Part shown: positions 30,633 through 43,464 of the stretch, piece after piece | Layout of the letters: every line of letters starts with the position of its first letter | Position numbering within the stretch: the first letter of the stretch is position 1 | From: an uncultured Nitrospiraceae bacterium | Lineage (GTDB): Bacteria; Nitrospirota; Thermodesulfovibrionia; Thermodesulfovibrionales; Dissulfurispiraceae | Assembly: GCA_963727805.1 (NCBI GenBank) | Contig: CAVSHF010000005.1 | Span: 544,001 to 608,000 of the forward strand | Direction: 5' to 3' | DNA length: 64,000 nt | Position numbers and translations under genes: made by a program | Notes under the pieces: generated by a model | Told to the model about the DNA's origin: nothing | The model's input: only the letters and a program-made list of their open reading frames with translations | The model's database searches: none

Positions 30633-30866
30633 TCATGGAAAATTATCAGTTCAAATTGGCATTCTCGGGGACATGCGGGGATGTTGCATGAGGGAGAGCA
30701 TTGGTCCATTGTGAAACGGTAACAGACACTACAGGCCCTGCTGTCCATATCTTTACGAATGGTTTAGTTATTAAAACCGGCTCGCGATTATATGCCTCGG
30801 AGGAGCCAAATGATAAGACCGTTTGTCATTGTTGCTTTTTGCAATAGACGGTGATAGAATGAAACT

Positions 30867-32354
30867 ATGATGGACTATAAACCGAGCATCAGGCGGAAGA
30901 TAACCTTTGGTTACTATGCCGGAGTTGCGGTTATTCTCGCCCTGTTCGTCTTTACATTCACAGAACTGATTATCGTTGAAAAAAAGTTGACGTTCGGAGC
31001 GGTCATCAATGAATTTTTCGATATGACCCTTGAAATGAGACGCTTCGAAAAAAACTTCTTTCTTTATGAAAAGTATTCGGATTATCAGGAAAATATGCAG
31101 TACGTCACAAAAGCTCAGGACATCCTTGCGCAACATATCAATGAATACCGTACACTTGTGATAGCCGACAGACTGGAGGCCTTGCAAAGCGTCTTGAAGG
31201 AATACCGCGAACTCATGGAACAGTATGCCGTGCTCAAGCACGAGGACCCCAAGCGAGTTGCAATAGAAAAGTCCCTAAGGGAAAAAGGCAAAGAAATCAC
31301 TTCGTTTGCGGAGGATATCTCGAAGACCGAGCGGGAAAGGGTAAGTACACTGCTCGATCAATCGAGGATAGTTCTTGCCATAGCAATCGTCGTGCTTTCA
31401 CTTGGCGGTATCATTGTGGGGCAGATCATGTCCCGGATTGTAGTGAGACCCCTCAAGGAACTGGAGGAAAGCATGGTAGCCATCGCCGCCGGGGCTCGGA
31501 ATACTATCGACATACGCTCAAAGGACCGCGAAATCCATTCGCTCACGGCGGCATTCAACAAGATGCTGAGGGAACTAGAACTCCGGCAGCGACATCTGCT
31601 CCAGTCGGAAAAACTCGCCTCTCTTGGTACGCTCATGGCAGGCATCGCTCATGAACTCAACAATCCGCTGTCGAACATATCGACCTCTTCACAAATCCTC
31701 ATCGAAGAGCTTGAAGAGTCCGACGTTGAATTCAGAAAAGAGATGCTGCACCAGATAGAAACCCAGACGGAAAGAGCTCGTAATATCGTCCGGTCACTTC
31801 TGGATTTTTCGCGAGAAAAGGAGTTTAAGCGTGATATTCTCCCCCTCGGAAAGCTTATTCATGAAACACTTAATTTTATCAAGGGGCAGATCCCGGCCAG
31901 AGTCTCTATATCGGTCGAGGTACCAGAGGACATCGTTATCTTCGCTGACAAGCAGCGTATTCAGCAGGCTTTTTTGAACCTCCTCAAAAACGCTGTTGAA
32001 GCAGTAACGGAAGAGGGGAGCGTTTTCATACGAGCAGAAAGGCAGCTTCCCGAAGGCATGGAGAATGCTGAATCCTACATCCAGATGCTGGATAACAGCC
32101 GATGCAAGTCTTTCGGAGACGACGTTTACATCACTATCAGGGACACGGGAAGCGGTATACCGCTCGATATCCTGCCCCGAATAATGGACCCATTCTTTAC
32201 GACAAAGGATGTTGGGAAAGGATCGGGTCTCGGCCTCTCAATTGTTCATGAAATCATTGACGAGCACGATGGCTGCATCAGGGTCCATAGCGAGGAAGGC
32301 AAAGGCACGACCTTCATACTACGTCTGCCTGCAAAGGACGTCCGCTTTGAATAA
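30867..32354 (+). CDS. Membrane sensor histidine kinase (HAMP-HisKA-HATPase)
   Basis: Two TMs, [37 protein letters not shown]. Confidence 0.95.
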   Translation: MMDYKPSIRRKITFGYYAGVAVILALFVFTFTELIIVEKKLTFGAVINEFFDMTLEMRRFEKNFFLYEKYSDYQENMQYVTKAQDILAQHINEYRTLVIADRLEALQSVLKEYRELMEQYAVLKHEDPKRVAIEKSLREKGKEITSFAEDISKTERERVSTLLDQSRIVLAIAIVVLSLGGIIVGQIMSRIVVRPLKELEESMVAIAAGARNTIDIRSKDREIHSLTAAFNKMLRELELRQRHLLQSEKLASLGTLMAGIAHELNNPLSNISTSSQILIEELEESDVEFRKEMLHQIETQTERARNIVRSLLDFSREKEFKRDILPLGKLIHETLNFIKGQIPARVSISVEVPEDIVIFADKQRIQQAFLNLLKNAVEAVTEEGSVFIRAERQLPEGMENAESYIQMLDNSRCKSFGDDVYITIRDTGSGIPLDILPRIMDPFFTTKDVGKGSGLGLSIVHEIIDEHDGCIRVHSEEGKGTTFILRLPAKDVRFE

Positions 32355-33705
32355 CTCCATTAGAATACTCATTGTTGATGACGAAAGAATAGCGCTCAAG
32401 AACCTCGAACATGTCATGAAAAAAGAAGAATACGACGTGGTCAGCACACAGAGCGGACAGAATGCCCTCAAGCTTCTCGAAGAGCAGCAATTTGACGTAA
32501 TCCTCACGGATCTCAAGATGGAGAAGGTTGATGGAATGCAGGTGCTTAAAAAGAGCAAAGAGCTATACCCCGATTCCGAAGTAATCATAATAACCGGGTT
32601 TGCAACGCTCGATTCTGCGGTAAAAGGAATGAAGCATGGGGCTTTTTATTATATCGCAAAGCCTTTCAAGCTCGATGAGGTGCGCCAAGTCGTTAAAGAG
32701 GCCGTCGAAAAAATACATCTGAAAAATGAGAACCGGCAGTTACGGGAGCAGCTCGAATCCTACAAGGGGAAGGTCAAAATCATAACCCAAAATACTGCTA
32801 TGATGAGGCTTCTCGATACTGCGAGGCAGATCGCTCCCACCGATTGCAATGTCCTACTGAGCGGCGAAAGCGGCACCGGCAAAGAACTCTTCGCACGGCT
32901 AATCCACATAGAAAGCAAGCGTTCAGAAGGGACCTTCTTCGCCATTAACTGCGGTGCCTTTACAGAAGAGTTGCTGGCAAACGAGCTTTTCGGCCATGAA
33001 AAGGGTGCTTTCACCAACGCATCAGCCATGAAGAACGGATTGATCGAGATGGCATCGGGAGGTACTCTGTTCCTCGACGAGGTAACTGAAATGACGCCCT
33101 CTATGCAGGTGAAACTGCTTCGGGTCATCCAGGAAAGAGAGGTCCTTCGGGTTGGCGCTACAAAGCCTATCAAGGTGGACGTCAGGTTTATCGCCGCTAC
33201 AAACAGGGACATCCATGACGTCATCAAATCAGGCAGTTTCAGACAAGACCTCTATTTTAGACTGAATGTCGTATCGCTGCATATCCCGCCTCTGTCGGAG
33301 CGCAAGGACGATATCCCCCTGCTCTGCTACTACTTCCTGACAAAATACTCGACTCTCATGAAAAAGGATGTTTCTGACATATCGGCGGATGTAATGGAAC
33401 TCCTTTCTAACTATGATTTTCCAGGAAATGTCCGGGAGCTCGAAAATATAATAGAGCGGGGCGTCGCCCTCGCCGGTAGTAACACCATAGAAATATCAGG
33501 TCTCCCTGATGACCTGAAAGAACTTAACATCAAGATATTCAGGAAGAAGGGAGGTAAGATCCCATCACTCGAAGATCAGGAAAGGGATTATATCACATGG
33601 GTGCTGACCGAGTTTGGGGGCAACAGGACTCTTGCCGCCCAGACGCTCGGCATCGACCGCGTATCTCTCTGGCGGAAGCTGAAGAAATACGGACTTGAGG
33701 AATAA
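32347..33705 (+). CDS. Sigma54-dependent response regulator (NtrC family); probable TTG start at 32347
   Basis: REC, GESGTGKE, GHEKGAFT, TLFLDEV, FRQDL.FRLNV, PGNVREL and Fis-type HTH. Confidence 0.95.
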   Translation: MNNSIRILIVDDERIALKNLEHVMKKEEYDVVSTQSGQNALKLLEEQQFDVILTDLKMEKVDGMQVLKKSKELYPDSEVIIITGFATLDSAVKGMKHGAFYYIAKPFKLDEVRQVVKEAVEKIHLKNENRQLREQLESYKGKVKIITQNTAMMRLLDTARQIAPTDCNVLLSGESGTGKELFARLIHIESKRSEGTFFAINCGAFTEELLANELFGHEKGAFTNASAMKNGLIEMASGGTLFLDEVTEMTPSMQVKLLRVIQEREVLRVGATKPIKVDVRFIAATNRDIHDVIKSGSFRQDLYFRLNVVSLHIPPLSERKDDIPLLCYYFLTKYSTLMKKDVSDISADVMELLSNYDFPGNVRELENIIERGVALAGSNTIEISGLPDDLKELNIKIFRKKGGKIPSLEDQERDYITWVLTEFGGNRTLAAQTLGIDRVSLWRKLKKYGLEE

Positions 33706-33859
33706 CAGTTTCCCGACAATACAATACGGATGAATTGACTAAGGTTGCAAATACTTTTTTAAACATTAATGACAAAACATCCATGCTATGCAATTATATC
33801 AATACATAGATGGTCCGAAATGAGTATTCCGGGAATAAATAGAGAATTCGGGGGGTAGC

Positions 33860-34342
33860 ATGAAAGCAATGATTTTCAGAAGCGTTTTATTTGTGATTGC
33901 GATTATTTTTTCTGTCTCGCTGCTGTTGGGATGCTCAACTGAACCACCGAAAGCTACAGACAACCAGCCGCCAAGAGTCATAGACAAGATGACCCTGAGA
34001 GTGCTTTTCGACTACAACAAAGCAACACTTACAAAAAGTGATATTGTTGAGCTCGAGAAAGCAATAGATTTTGTAAAAAAATACCCCGGCTCCCGCATCA
34101 TACTTGAAGGACATACTGACAACCTTGGCCCGGATAAATATAATCTGGAACTTTCTCAAAAAAGGGCGGAAGCGGTGAGGCAACACCTCATTCAGGCAGG
34201 CGCCGTTGCCGAAGCACGGATTGTGGCAACGGGGTTCGGCCAGACGAAACCTATCGCACCCAACAAGACAAAAGAAGGCAAGGATAATCCCGAGGGAAGG
34301 GCCCAGAATAGAAGAGTCGAGATTATTATAATGTCCGATTAA
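33860..34342 (+). CDS. OmpA-family lipoprotein
   Basis: Lipobox LLGC; GHTD..G...YN..LS.KRA; NRRVEI. Confidence 0.92.
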   Translation: MKAMIFRSVLFVIAIIFSVSLLLGCSTEPPKATDNQPPRVIDKMTLRVLFDYNKATLTKSDIVELEKAIDFVKKYPGSRIILEGHTDNLGPDKYNLELSQKRAEAVRQHLIQAGAVAEARIVATGFGQTKPIAPNKTKEGKDNPEGRAQNRRVEIIIMSD

Positions 34343-34677
34343 ACTTTTTCCGACGATACATTCTTATTGATCAGCGGCGCATAAGCTTCAAATCCCGCTA
34401 TGCCCAACTGCTTCAACCTGCTCAGTTCTGGCGTACGATGCGCAGGAAGGTGATAGCGGCGATTTTTGCCGTTCAGCATCTTCATAGGTTGGTCTTTTCT
34501 CTTTCATTTTTTGTTATCACAACAAATTAAGCTTTCTACACACCGCGCAAGATTACTATACCAAACCACGTCAAGCACATTATTATGCATTTAATATTGA
34601 CTTTACTATATTTTATATCGTATTATTATATTAATACTGTATTTTATGCTGTTAATATGGCTAAGGAGGTGTTTGTC

Positions 34678-35151
34678 GTGTCATTTGATTTTGATAATTT
34701 TGACAAAGAAATAATCAGTATTCTTCAAAACAATGCATCAATATCTAATATAGAATTGTCAAAAAAAATAGGATTGTCGCCTTCTGCATGTCTCAGCCGG
34801 ACGAAGAGGCTTGAAGAACTAGGGGTAATAAAACAATATGCTGCAATAATTGACAACCAAAAAGTCGGCCTAGAAATAGTTGCGTTTACTTTTGTGAATT
34901 TATCTCCGCACAACAGGCGTACTTCAACCGCCTTTCAGTCAAAAGTAAAGGAAACGCCACAAATCTTGGAGTGTTATAACATTACCGGGACGTGGGATTA
35001 TTTGTTGAAGGTAGTATCCCGCGATATAGCTTCTTATCGTGACTTTATCATCGATTCACTTCTGGAATTCCCAGGGGTAAATAAGATCGAAACAAACATC
35101 GTTTTAAGTACCGACAAGCAAAGTTTCAGTTTGCCTATTGCGCTGGATTGA
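34678..35151 (+). CDS. Lrp/AsnC-family transcriptional regulator
   Basis: D..I...LQ.NA.ISN.EL...IGLSPSACL.R.KRLE and ECY.ITG..DYLLKV; AAGGAGG RBS before GTG 34678. Confidence 0.92.
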   Translation: MSFDFDNFDKEIISILQNNASISNIELSKKIGLSPSACLSRTKRLEELGVIKQYAAIIDNQKVGLEIVAFTFVNLSPHNRRTSTAFQSKVKETPQILECYNITGTWDYLLKVVSRDIASYRDFIIDSLLEFPGVNKIETNIVLSTDKQSFSLPIALD

Positions 35152-35165
35152 TTATCAAGTGATGA

Positions 35166-36506
<1,341 letters not shown>

Positions 36507-36528
36507 AACTGCTATAATAGGAGGCACT

Positions 36529-37461
36529 ATGAACATATTGCAGGACATAACGAAAACAGTGGGCGGAACACCGTTGGTGAAGATAAATCGTCTCTCCACA
36601 GGATTGCCGGGGACCATTGTCGCAAAACTTGAGTCCTTCAACCCTCTGTCGAGCGTAAAAGATCGCATCGGGGTTGCGATGATCGAGGCTGCCGAAAAAG
36701 AAGGCTTAATTGACAAGGATACGGTAATCGTCGAACCGACAAGCGGCAACACCGGCATTGCCCTCGCCTTCGTCTGCGCGGCCAAAGGATATCGGCTCAT
36801 CCTGACAATGCCCGAGACAATGAGCCTCGAAAGGCGGCAGTTGCTTAAGATCTTTGGGGCAGAACTCATTCTGACCGAAGGCGCAAAAGGCATGCGCGGC
36901 GCTATCTCAAAGGCGGAAGAAATACTGAAAGAGCATCCGAAGAGCTACATGCCGCAACAGTTTAATAATCCCTCTAATCCTGATATCCATCGCAGGACTA
37001 CCGCCGAGGAGATTTGGCGTGCCACGGATGGCAAGGTGGATATCTTTGTGGCAGGCGTCGGCACAGGAGGCACTATCACAGGCGTCGGGGAAGTCCTGAA
37101 AGGGAAAAAGCCTTCATTGAAAATCGTCGCCGTTGAGCCGGCCGATTCAGCCGTACTTTCGGGCGGCCAGCCTGGACCGCATAAGATCCAGGGCATCGGC
37201 GCGGGCTTTATACCGTCGGTGCTGAACACTAACGTTTACGATGAAATAATAAAAGTGGCTAATGACGATGCTGGAGATGTGGCGCGCAAACTGGCTCGAC
37301 TGGAAGGAATTTTCGCCGGCATATCGAGTGGTGCAGCCATGTGGGCGGCCCTTGAGGTAGCTAAACGCAGAGAATCTGAAGGCAAGACTATTGTGGTCCT
37401 GCTCCCCGACACTGGGGAACGCTATCTCTCCACCTGGCTCTTTCAGGAGTTTCTAGGTTGA
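36529..37461 (+). CDS. cysK: Cysteine synthase A
   Basis: [43 protein letters not shown]. Confidence 0.95.
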   Translation: MNILQDITKTVGGTPLVKINRLSTGLPGTIVAKLESFNPLSSVKDRIGVAMIEAAEKEGLIDKDTVIVEPTSGNTGIALAFVCAAKGYRLILTMPETMSLERRQLLKIFGAELILTEGAKGMRGAISKAEEILKEHPKSYMPQQFNNPSNPDIHRRTTAEEIWRATDGKVDIFVAGVGTGGTITGVGEVLKGKKPSLKIVAVEPADSAVLSGGQPGPHKIQGIGAGFIPSVLNTNVYDEIIKVANDDAGDVARKLARLEGIFAGISSGAAMWAALEVAKRRESEGKTIVVLLPDTGERYLSTWLFQEFLG

Positions 37462-38606
37462 AGAAAAAAGGCGTAGGGATTGTCGAGACGCTGTCTTTCA
37501 CGTTCGCGCAGCCGCCGGATGAGATCGTCCTCGAATCCGGGCAGAAGCTCGGTCCCATAACGCTTGCCTACGAAACGTATGGCACTCTCGACAAAAACCA
37601 CAGTAATGCCATCCTTGTACTCCACGCCTTTTCAGGGGACGCCCATGCCGCGGGCTATCACACGGGCGATGAAAAGCCGGGGTGGTGGGACGATATGATC
37701 GGGCCGGGAAAAGCCCTTGACACCGACAAGTTTTTTATCATCTGCCCCAATGTCATCGGCGGGTGCAAGGGCAGCACAGGGCCTTCGTCGATCAATCCCG
37801 ATACCGGAGAACCCTACGCCCTCGATTTCCCCGGTATCACCATCGCCGATATGGTCAATACTCAGACACACCTTATTAACCATCTCGGTATCCGGAAATT
37901 ACTCTGTGTGATCGGCGGATCAATGGGGGGGATGCAGGTCCTGCAATGGGTAGCAGCCTATCCCGATCGCATATGCTCAGCTATTCCCATTGCAACGACC
38001 CTGAAGCATTCACCTCAACAGATCGCTTTCAACGAGGTGGGGCGTCAATCAGTCATGGCAGACCCCGCCTGGAACCACGGCAACTATTATGGAAAGTCAC
38101 GGCCTGAACGTGGCCTCGCCATTGCGCGCATGATTGGGCATATCACATTCATGAGCGATAAATCTATGGAGGAAAAATTCTCCAGAAGGCTGAAGGACAA
38201 GGACTACAGTTACCGCTTCCAAACCGATTTCGAGGTCGAGGGATATCTGAAATACAAGGGCGACAGCTTCGTGCGTCGCTTTGACGCGAACTCCTATCTC
38301 TACATAACGAAGGCCATCGATTATTTCGACCTTCCGGGCCCGAAACTCATCCCGACCTGCAAGCCTATCGATGTCCGTTTTCTCGTTATTGCCTTCCAGT
38401 CAGACTGGCTTTATCCGCCCTATCAGTCACAGGAAATAGTCAGGCAGCTGAAGATGCGACACATCGATGCCACGTACATGGAGATTAAATCGACGTATGG
38501 TCATGACGCATTCCTCCTGGAAATCGAAGAAGAGACGATGCTGATACGCCATTTTCTGAACAGGATCACCTGCGAAAACGAAGAAACAAACCTCTATGAA
38601 ATCTGA
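37458..38606 (+). CDS. metX: Homoserine O-acetyltransferase
   Basis: HAFSGD.H, GGSMGG nucleophile elbow, RFDANSY, GHDAFL. Confidence 0.93.
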   Translation: MKKKGVGIVETLSFTFAQPPDEIVLESGQKLGPITLAYETYGTLDKNHSNAILVLHAFSGDAHAAGYHTGDEKPGWWDDMIGPGKALDTDKFFIICPNVIGGCKGSTGPSSINPDTGEPYALDFPGITIADMVNTQTHLINHLGIRKLLCVIGGSMGGMQVLQWVAAYPDRICSAIPIATTLKHSPQQIAFNEVGRQSVMADPAWNHGNYYGKSRPERGLAIARMIGHITFMSDKSMEEKFSRRLKDKDYSYRFQTDFEVEGYLKYKGDSFVRRFDANSYLYITKAIDYFDLPGPKLIPTCKPIDVRFLVIAFQSDWLYPPYQSQEIVRQLKMRHIDATYMEIKSTYGHDAFLLEIEEETMLIRHFLNRITCENEETNLYEI

Positions 38607-39189
38607 CAGCGTCCGCCTTGACCATATAGTCATCCTGGACATCGTTGAACCCGATTCAAGGGTGCTTGACCTCGGCTGCGGTGATGGCTCGCTCCTTCAA
38701 CTGCTGGTGACAGAAAAAAATGCCCGCGCTCAGGGGATCGAATTCGCCGACTCGCAAATCTACAAATGTGTCGCCAGAGGAGTGAGTGTGTTCCATGGAG
38801 ACATCGACACGGGCCTGTCCGAATACCCTGATCAATCTTTTGATTACATTATCCTGAACCAGAGCATGCAGGAGGTGGTCAAGGTCGATTTTGTCCTCAG
38901 CGAAGCCCTCCGTGTCGGACAAAAAGTTATCGTCGGGTTCTCTAACTTCGCTTATTACAAGGCCCGCATGGATCTCTTTTTTAAAGGGAGAGTACCGGTT
39001 ACTGAGTCTCTGCCTAATCAATGGTACGCCACTCCGAACCTGCACTTTCTGAGTATCCGGGACTTCGAGGATTACTGTGCCCACAAGAACGTCAGGATAC
39101 TGGCCAAATACTGTCTTGGAGAGCACACGCTTATCCACTTACTGCCCAATCTCCGCGCCCTCAATGCCATCTTCGTTATTTCAAAATGA
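38596..39189 (+). CDS. metW: Methionine biosynthesis protein MetW
   Basis: [11 protein letters not shown] and LP..WY.TPN.HF; overlaps metX. Confidence 0.92.
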   Translation: MKSDSVRLDHIVILDIVEPDSRVLDLGCGDGSLLQLLVTEKNARAQGIEFADSQIYKCVARGVSVFHGDIDTGLSEYPDQSFDYIILNQSMQEVVKVDFVLSEALRVGQKVIVGFSNFAYYKARMDLFFKGRVPVTESLPNQWYATPNLHFLSIRDFEDYCAHKNVRILAKYCLGEHTLIHLLPNLRALNAIFVISK

Positions 39190-39191
39190 CT

Positions 39192-41165
39192 TCAGTCCGC
39201 ATTCACAGACTCACCTGTCGGAACGGTCACAGTAATTTTAGTACCCTTATTCGGGCCGCTGCTCACCTGGACATTTCCTCCCCATGGATAGACACGCTCG
39301 CGCATCCCCAGAAGTCCGAAGGAATTGGATCCTAAAATCTCTTCTTCTGCGATCCCTTTGCCGTTATCGCTGACTTCCAGTATTACCTTACCATCTTCTT
39401 CAGTCAGGTTGACCATAACTCTACTCGCATTGGCGTGGTGATGTATATTTGTCAGTGCTTCCTGAAAAATTCTGAAAATGGCCATTGTGCGGTCGCGGTC
39501 CAACTTAATGTCATCCTGCACGGCAACTTCGCATGGAACGCCTGTCCTGTTCTGAAATTCTCCCGCCTGCCATTTGATTGCTGCACTAATCCCCAGCATG
39601 TCAGGTATCCCAGGCCTGAGTTCCGTGCATATCTTCTTCACCGATTTAATTGATGCCTCTATGTGATTCAAGGTCGCCGCTGTCTTTTTAAGAATCACTT
39701 CGTCATCAGAATATTTGCTATTTAACCAAGCAATGTCTATCTTTATGACTGCCATAATCTGACCAATTTCATCATGTATTTCACGGGCGATGTTTGCCCG
39801 TTCTTCCTCTCTCACGTACTGCAGATTCATATAAAGATTTCGCAAACTCTCCTGATTCTGCATCAATTCACTCTGTACCTTAGCCAATTCAGAAGTTCGT
39901 TCCCGAACTCTTGTTTCAAATTTCTCGTGGGATTGTTGAAGTGCATCTTCCACTCTTTTACGGATCTTCACTTCTGTTATCAAGTGATCATTAAGCTTTG
40001 ATAGCTCTATAGTACGCTCCTCTACTCGGTGTTCCAACTCATCGTACGCTTTCTGCAGCGACTCTTTCGCCTGTTTGCGATCATCGATATCCTGTGCCAA
40101 TGCCGTGGCCATCAGATCGAAACTCTTCCCCAATAGGCCTATTTCATCCTGTTCGCCAGCCATATCAACCCTGGCACTCAGATTCCCATTCGCGAGTTCA
40201 TGAGTCGCTTCAACAAGTTTTTCCATTCGTCGCTTTATGAGGAAATCACCGAAAAACCAAGCCGCTGCCCCTGAGATAATCGCTGTAATCAATAGCCATA
40301 TTAGGCCTTGAAGCAGTATTCGATTAACCTTGGAATAAGCTACCTTGGGGGAAATACCACAACAAATAAACATGCCATTGTCAGTTCCTTTAATTGGAAT
40401 AAATGAGAATATTCGTTGCGTTCCAGACAAACCGATTGTTTCAAATGTTCCTTCCTTTCGTTCCAGGATAGTTTTTACAATAGGTGACTCTGACAGATTT
40501 CTGCCTATCCCCTGTTCCGCATCTGGATAACGGGACAAGATGGTTCCCTCACTATCAATCAGAAAGATCTCTGCTTCCTTAGGTACTTGTTTTTTTGTAA
40601 GTTGTTCGCTCAACCATTGCAGGTCGATGGTTATACTGACAACCGCTTTAAGCCGCCCTTCCCTATCCTTTACCGGCAGGGCCGCACTAATCAAGGGGTT
40701 ACCTGTAATCTTTCCTATTTGATATATTCCAAAGTAATATTCTCCAGTTTCAACTACCCGCTGAAACCAGAGACGATCCACAACATTTATTCCCTTTTCA
40801 AAAGGAAGCGGACTACAGAATATTTTACCATCAGGTTTTACTGCCATGACATTGCCATACATCGGCAAACGTTTTTTCAATAGTGAGAAGTATTCATTGC
40901 AGGCAGTTGAATCATGATTACGGACTGAACGAAGTTCCGAAATGACCGAGAGGACTTGTCGAGATCCCTCAGCCAACTGCTCAATATTACTAGCGGCAAT
41001 CTTAACCGTGTCCAGGGTGTCTACCCTTATTTCAACTTCGCTGTTCTTCTTTTGCTCGGAGGCTATGAACAACACAAGCATAAATGCTGGAATTACTGAG
41101 ATAAAAACAAGGATGAGAAGACGGACTCGCAGACTCAATAAAGACAGACGGCTGATCATTATCAA
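39192..41165 (-). CDS. Sensor histidine kinase (Cache-HAMP-HisKA_3-HATPase)
   Basis: EER..IAREIHDE.GQ, R.FQEALTN...HA, DNG.G, FGL.GMRER. Confidence 0.93.
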   Translation of the reverse strand: MIMISRLSLLSLRVRLLILVFISVIPAFMLVLFIASEQKKNSEVEIRVDTLDTVKIAASNIEQLAEGSRQVLSVISELRSVRNHDSTACNEYFSLLKKRLPMYGNVMAVKPDGKIFCSPLPFEKGINVVDRLWFQRVVETGEYYFGIYQIGKITGNPLISAALPVKDREGRLKAVVSITIDLQWLSEQLTKKQVPKEAEIFLIDSEGTILSRYPDAEQGIGRNLSESPIVKTILERKEGTFETIGLSGTQRIFSFIPIKGTDNGMFICCGISPKVAYSKVNRILLQGLIWLLITAIISGAAAWFFGDFLIKRRMEKLVEATHELANGNLSARVDMAGEQDEIGLLGKSFDLMATALAQDIDDRKQAKESLQKAYDELEHRVEERTIELSKLNDHLITEVKIRKRVEDALQQSHEKFETRVRERTSELAKVQSELMQNQESLRNLYMNLQYVREEERANIAREIHDEIGQIMAVIKIDIAWLNSKYSDDEVILKKTAATLNHIEASIKSVKKICTELRPGIPDMLGISAAIKWQAGEFQNRTGVPCEVAVQDDIKLDRDRTMAIFRIFQEALTNIHHHANASRVMVNLTEEDGKVILEVSDNGKGIAEEEILGSNSFGLLGMRERVYPWGGNVQVSSGPNKGTKITVTVPTGESVNAD

Positions 41166-41184
41166 ACCCCGGAAGAAGACCTCT

Positions 41185-41346
41185 CTACTGGTCTCGACTA
41201 AGTATTTTGATTTCTTCGATCAATTCTGAGGGGGTAATAATCCCTTTTTTTAACAGCAGGTTAATCAACGCCTCTTGTTCAAGGACGCTGCTTATTATCA
41301 ATTCCTCCAAGGTTTCGGTTTCATTTCGCTTGTTTTCATCGCTCAT
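41185..41346 (-). CDS. Small acidic helical protein (53 aa), not in the ORF track
   Basis: GAGGAG RBS; MSDENKRNETETLEELIISSVLEQEALINLLLKKGIITPSELIEEIKILSRDQ; ends 19 nt before the kinase gene. Confidence 0.65.
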   Translation of the reverse strand: MSDENKRNETETLEELIISSVLEQEALINLLLKKGIITPSELIEEIKILSRDQ

Positions 41347-41510
41347 GATCAGCACTCCTCAAATGTAATCACTCTCAAATATTAATCTGCATTAAACGAA
41401 CGTATGATTATAACAGATTTAGTAAAATGTAGAGACCGGAAGAAAGACTGAGCATCATTCAGCGATGCTGTTTAATCAGACTTCCCCCTCTGCTATTTGT
41501 TATAGAACAT

Positions 41511-42835
41511 CACTAGTGTCCGGTTAAGAATCATATAGATTCAATTGGTTACGATTTACCATAGCATTTAATGCTGTGCCATTTTCCTGAAACGCTTGCT
41601 GCAAGGGCATTTTCTCGAAGATGGTGACCGATAGGATCTGTAACAACGTATAGAGCGAAACATCGAGATTGAGCCTTTTCTTGATGATAGCGATAAGAAC
41701 ATAAACGGAAACAGCGATCCAGATTTGGGATTTGACGGCATTTTCTGAAATGCCGTAGAAACGCTTTATGCGAAGATGTTGCTTGATCCATTTGAAGAAC
41801 AGTTCGATCTGCCAGCGGCTCTTGTATAGTGAGCATATGGTCAATGCTGGCAAGGTATGGTGATTGGTGAGAAACAGCAATGTTTTGCCGGACTCCGCGT
41901 CTTTGAAACGGATGCGGCGCAGATGGCCCGGAAAGTGTCTGCTGCTGTAATAACCATTCATGGCGATGGTCTGATCGCAGATCACGCCTGTAGTTCGATC
42001 TGCAGAGGCGGAATAAAGTCTTCTGGCATTCAGATTGGATTTGGCTCGGGTAACAAAAAAGCTGCCGGCCTGATGCAGGACATACAGACGCTCGAAGTCG
42101 AGATATGCTCGATCCATCACATAGAAGGCCCCGGCTTCTGGAATAAGCAGGTCCAGAACATTGATATCGTGAAGCTTGCCATCGGAGATATGAATAAAGC
42201 TTGGGATAGAACCCCTGAGGTCCATCAGCGTATGAACTTTTACGGCAGCCTTGGCAGTCCGAAAAGGAGCCCAAGGAAACATCGACAGGCAGAGGTCTAT
42301 GGTCGTAGAATCCAGAGCGTAGGCGGTATTGGAGATATCCACACCGAAGCTCTCTCCGGCATAGAGCTTTCTTGCTTGACCGATCAGCCGTTGAGCGAAG
42401 TCTGCGTAAATGCGCCAATCGCGAGATTCGTTGGCATCGGCCAGGGTCGAGCGACTGACTGGTCCTCGAAGGCCCATGTGATAAAGTTTTGCAGCTTGAG
42501 CCGACAAACAGGCTTCGATATCGCGGAGACTCTCCCGATAAGTAAGTTGCGCAAAAGCCATTATTCGAAATTGCTCGGCACAACGAAGACAGCGCACACG
42601 ATGGTCGCCGCTGTATTTCTGAACAATACGATGAAAAGTGCTCCACGGGAGAACGTCCATAATCTGAGCAAAAAGGGTCTTGCCTGTATTCATTGGTGCC
42701 TCCGGAACAACATGTTCCGAAACCATCACTGATATGCAGATGCAATTTCAAATCGACACCACCTTTTTTGCTCAGATTGCGATTGTTAATCATATGCTTA
42801 TGGGCTGCTTATTCATTTTTAACCGGACACTAATG
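41511..42835 (-). mobile_element. IS4-family insertion sequence
   Basis: Inverted repeats CA(C/T)TAGTGTCCGGTTAA; 9-bp direct repeat ATAGAACAT at 41502-41510 and 42836-42844. Confidence 0.95.
41524..42693 (-). CDS. IS4-family transposase
   Basis: FAQL..RESLRD, DSTTI.L, DR.Y.D and Y..RW.IELFFKW.KQ; ATG 42693 after GGAGG. Confidence 0.95.
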   Translation of the reverse strand: MNTGKTLFAQIMDVLPWSTFHRIVQKYSGDHRVRCLRCAEQFRIMAFAQLTYRESLRDIEACLSAQAAKLYHMGLRGPVSRSTLADANESRDWRIYADFAQRLIGQARKLYAGESFGVDISNTAYALDSTTIDLCLSMFPWAPFRTAKAAVKVHTLMDLRGSIPSFIHISDGKLHDINVLDLLIPEAGAFYVMDRAYLDFERLYVLHQAGSFFVTRAKSNLNARRLYSASADRTTGVICDQTIAMNGYYSSRHFPGHLRRIRFKDAESGKTLLFLTNHHTLPALTICSLYKSRWQIELFFKWIKQHLRIKRFYGISENAVKSQIWIAVSVYVLIAIIKKRLNLDVSLYTLLQILSVTIFEKMPLQQAFQENGTALNAMVNRNQLNLYDS

Positions 42836-43038
42836 ATAGAACATATTGCTTTAGCATGGAAGTGAGTAAGATGTCATTGCCGAGCGATAAGATGAAAACA
42901 AGTGGAGTTAAAGTCCCCGCTATAAGGAGACGGTTAACTGCGTGCTAAAACAAAAATAGACGATCTGTTAAAAAAGCTTCCATTTCCGAAGCTCCATGGT
43001 CGGCCGGCTCATCATGTGAGAACAGTGAGAAAGGTGAT

Positions 43039-43447
43039 GTGGCAAGGCTGAATCTCGATACCGGGGTACTGACCCTCCAACAGGTCAACCTGATACTTAC
43101 ACATTTACCGGTCGATGTCACTTTTGTTAATGAGAGCTATGAGGTTGTATACTACTCTCAAACTAAAGAAAGGATATTCCCGAGAAGTCCCGGTGTTATC
43201 GGCAGAAAAGTCCAGAATTGTCATCCCCAGAAAAGTGTGGATACGGTCCAGAAAATCCTCGATGAATTTCCGGCGGGTAAAAAGGAAGGTGCTGATTTCT
43301 GGGTTCAGATGTGAGGACAGTTTTTCCGCATCAGGCCCTTCGCTCTGCGAGACAATTCTGGTAGTTAGGGGAACGCTTGAAGTATCCCGGGATGTCACCG
43401 ACATAAAGAAATTAGATGGCCAAAAAAGATTGCTGGATTGGGAATAA
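43039..43447 (+). pseudogene. Remnant of a PAS_10/DUF438-type protein C-terminus
   Basis: LP.D.TFV...RIFPR....IGR.VQNCHP..S and G.LEVS.D.T.I..L.G..RLL.W, interrupted by an in-frame stop and a frameshift. Confidence 0.8.
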
Positions 43448-43464
43448 AAGTAGGTGCGACTGTA

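Noticed and set aside
32209..32346. ORF-track N-terminal extension of the NtrC protein, and similar extensions at 466, 17821, 30545, 34585 and 51404
   Set aside because: They overlap upstream genes or promoters, and better-supported starts lie downstream.
41549..42793. Long alternative-frame ORFs over the IS4 transposase (414 aa on -, 291 aa on +)
   Set aside because: No recognisable motifs; they overlap a clear transposase and are probably shadow frames.
43312..43314. In-frame TGA in the PAS_10 remnant as possible selenocysteine
   Set aside because: Not at a Cys-type position, and a further stop and frameshift follow, indicating decay.
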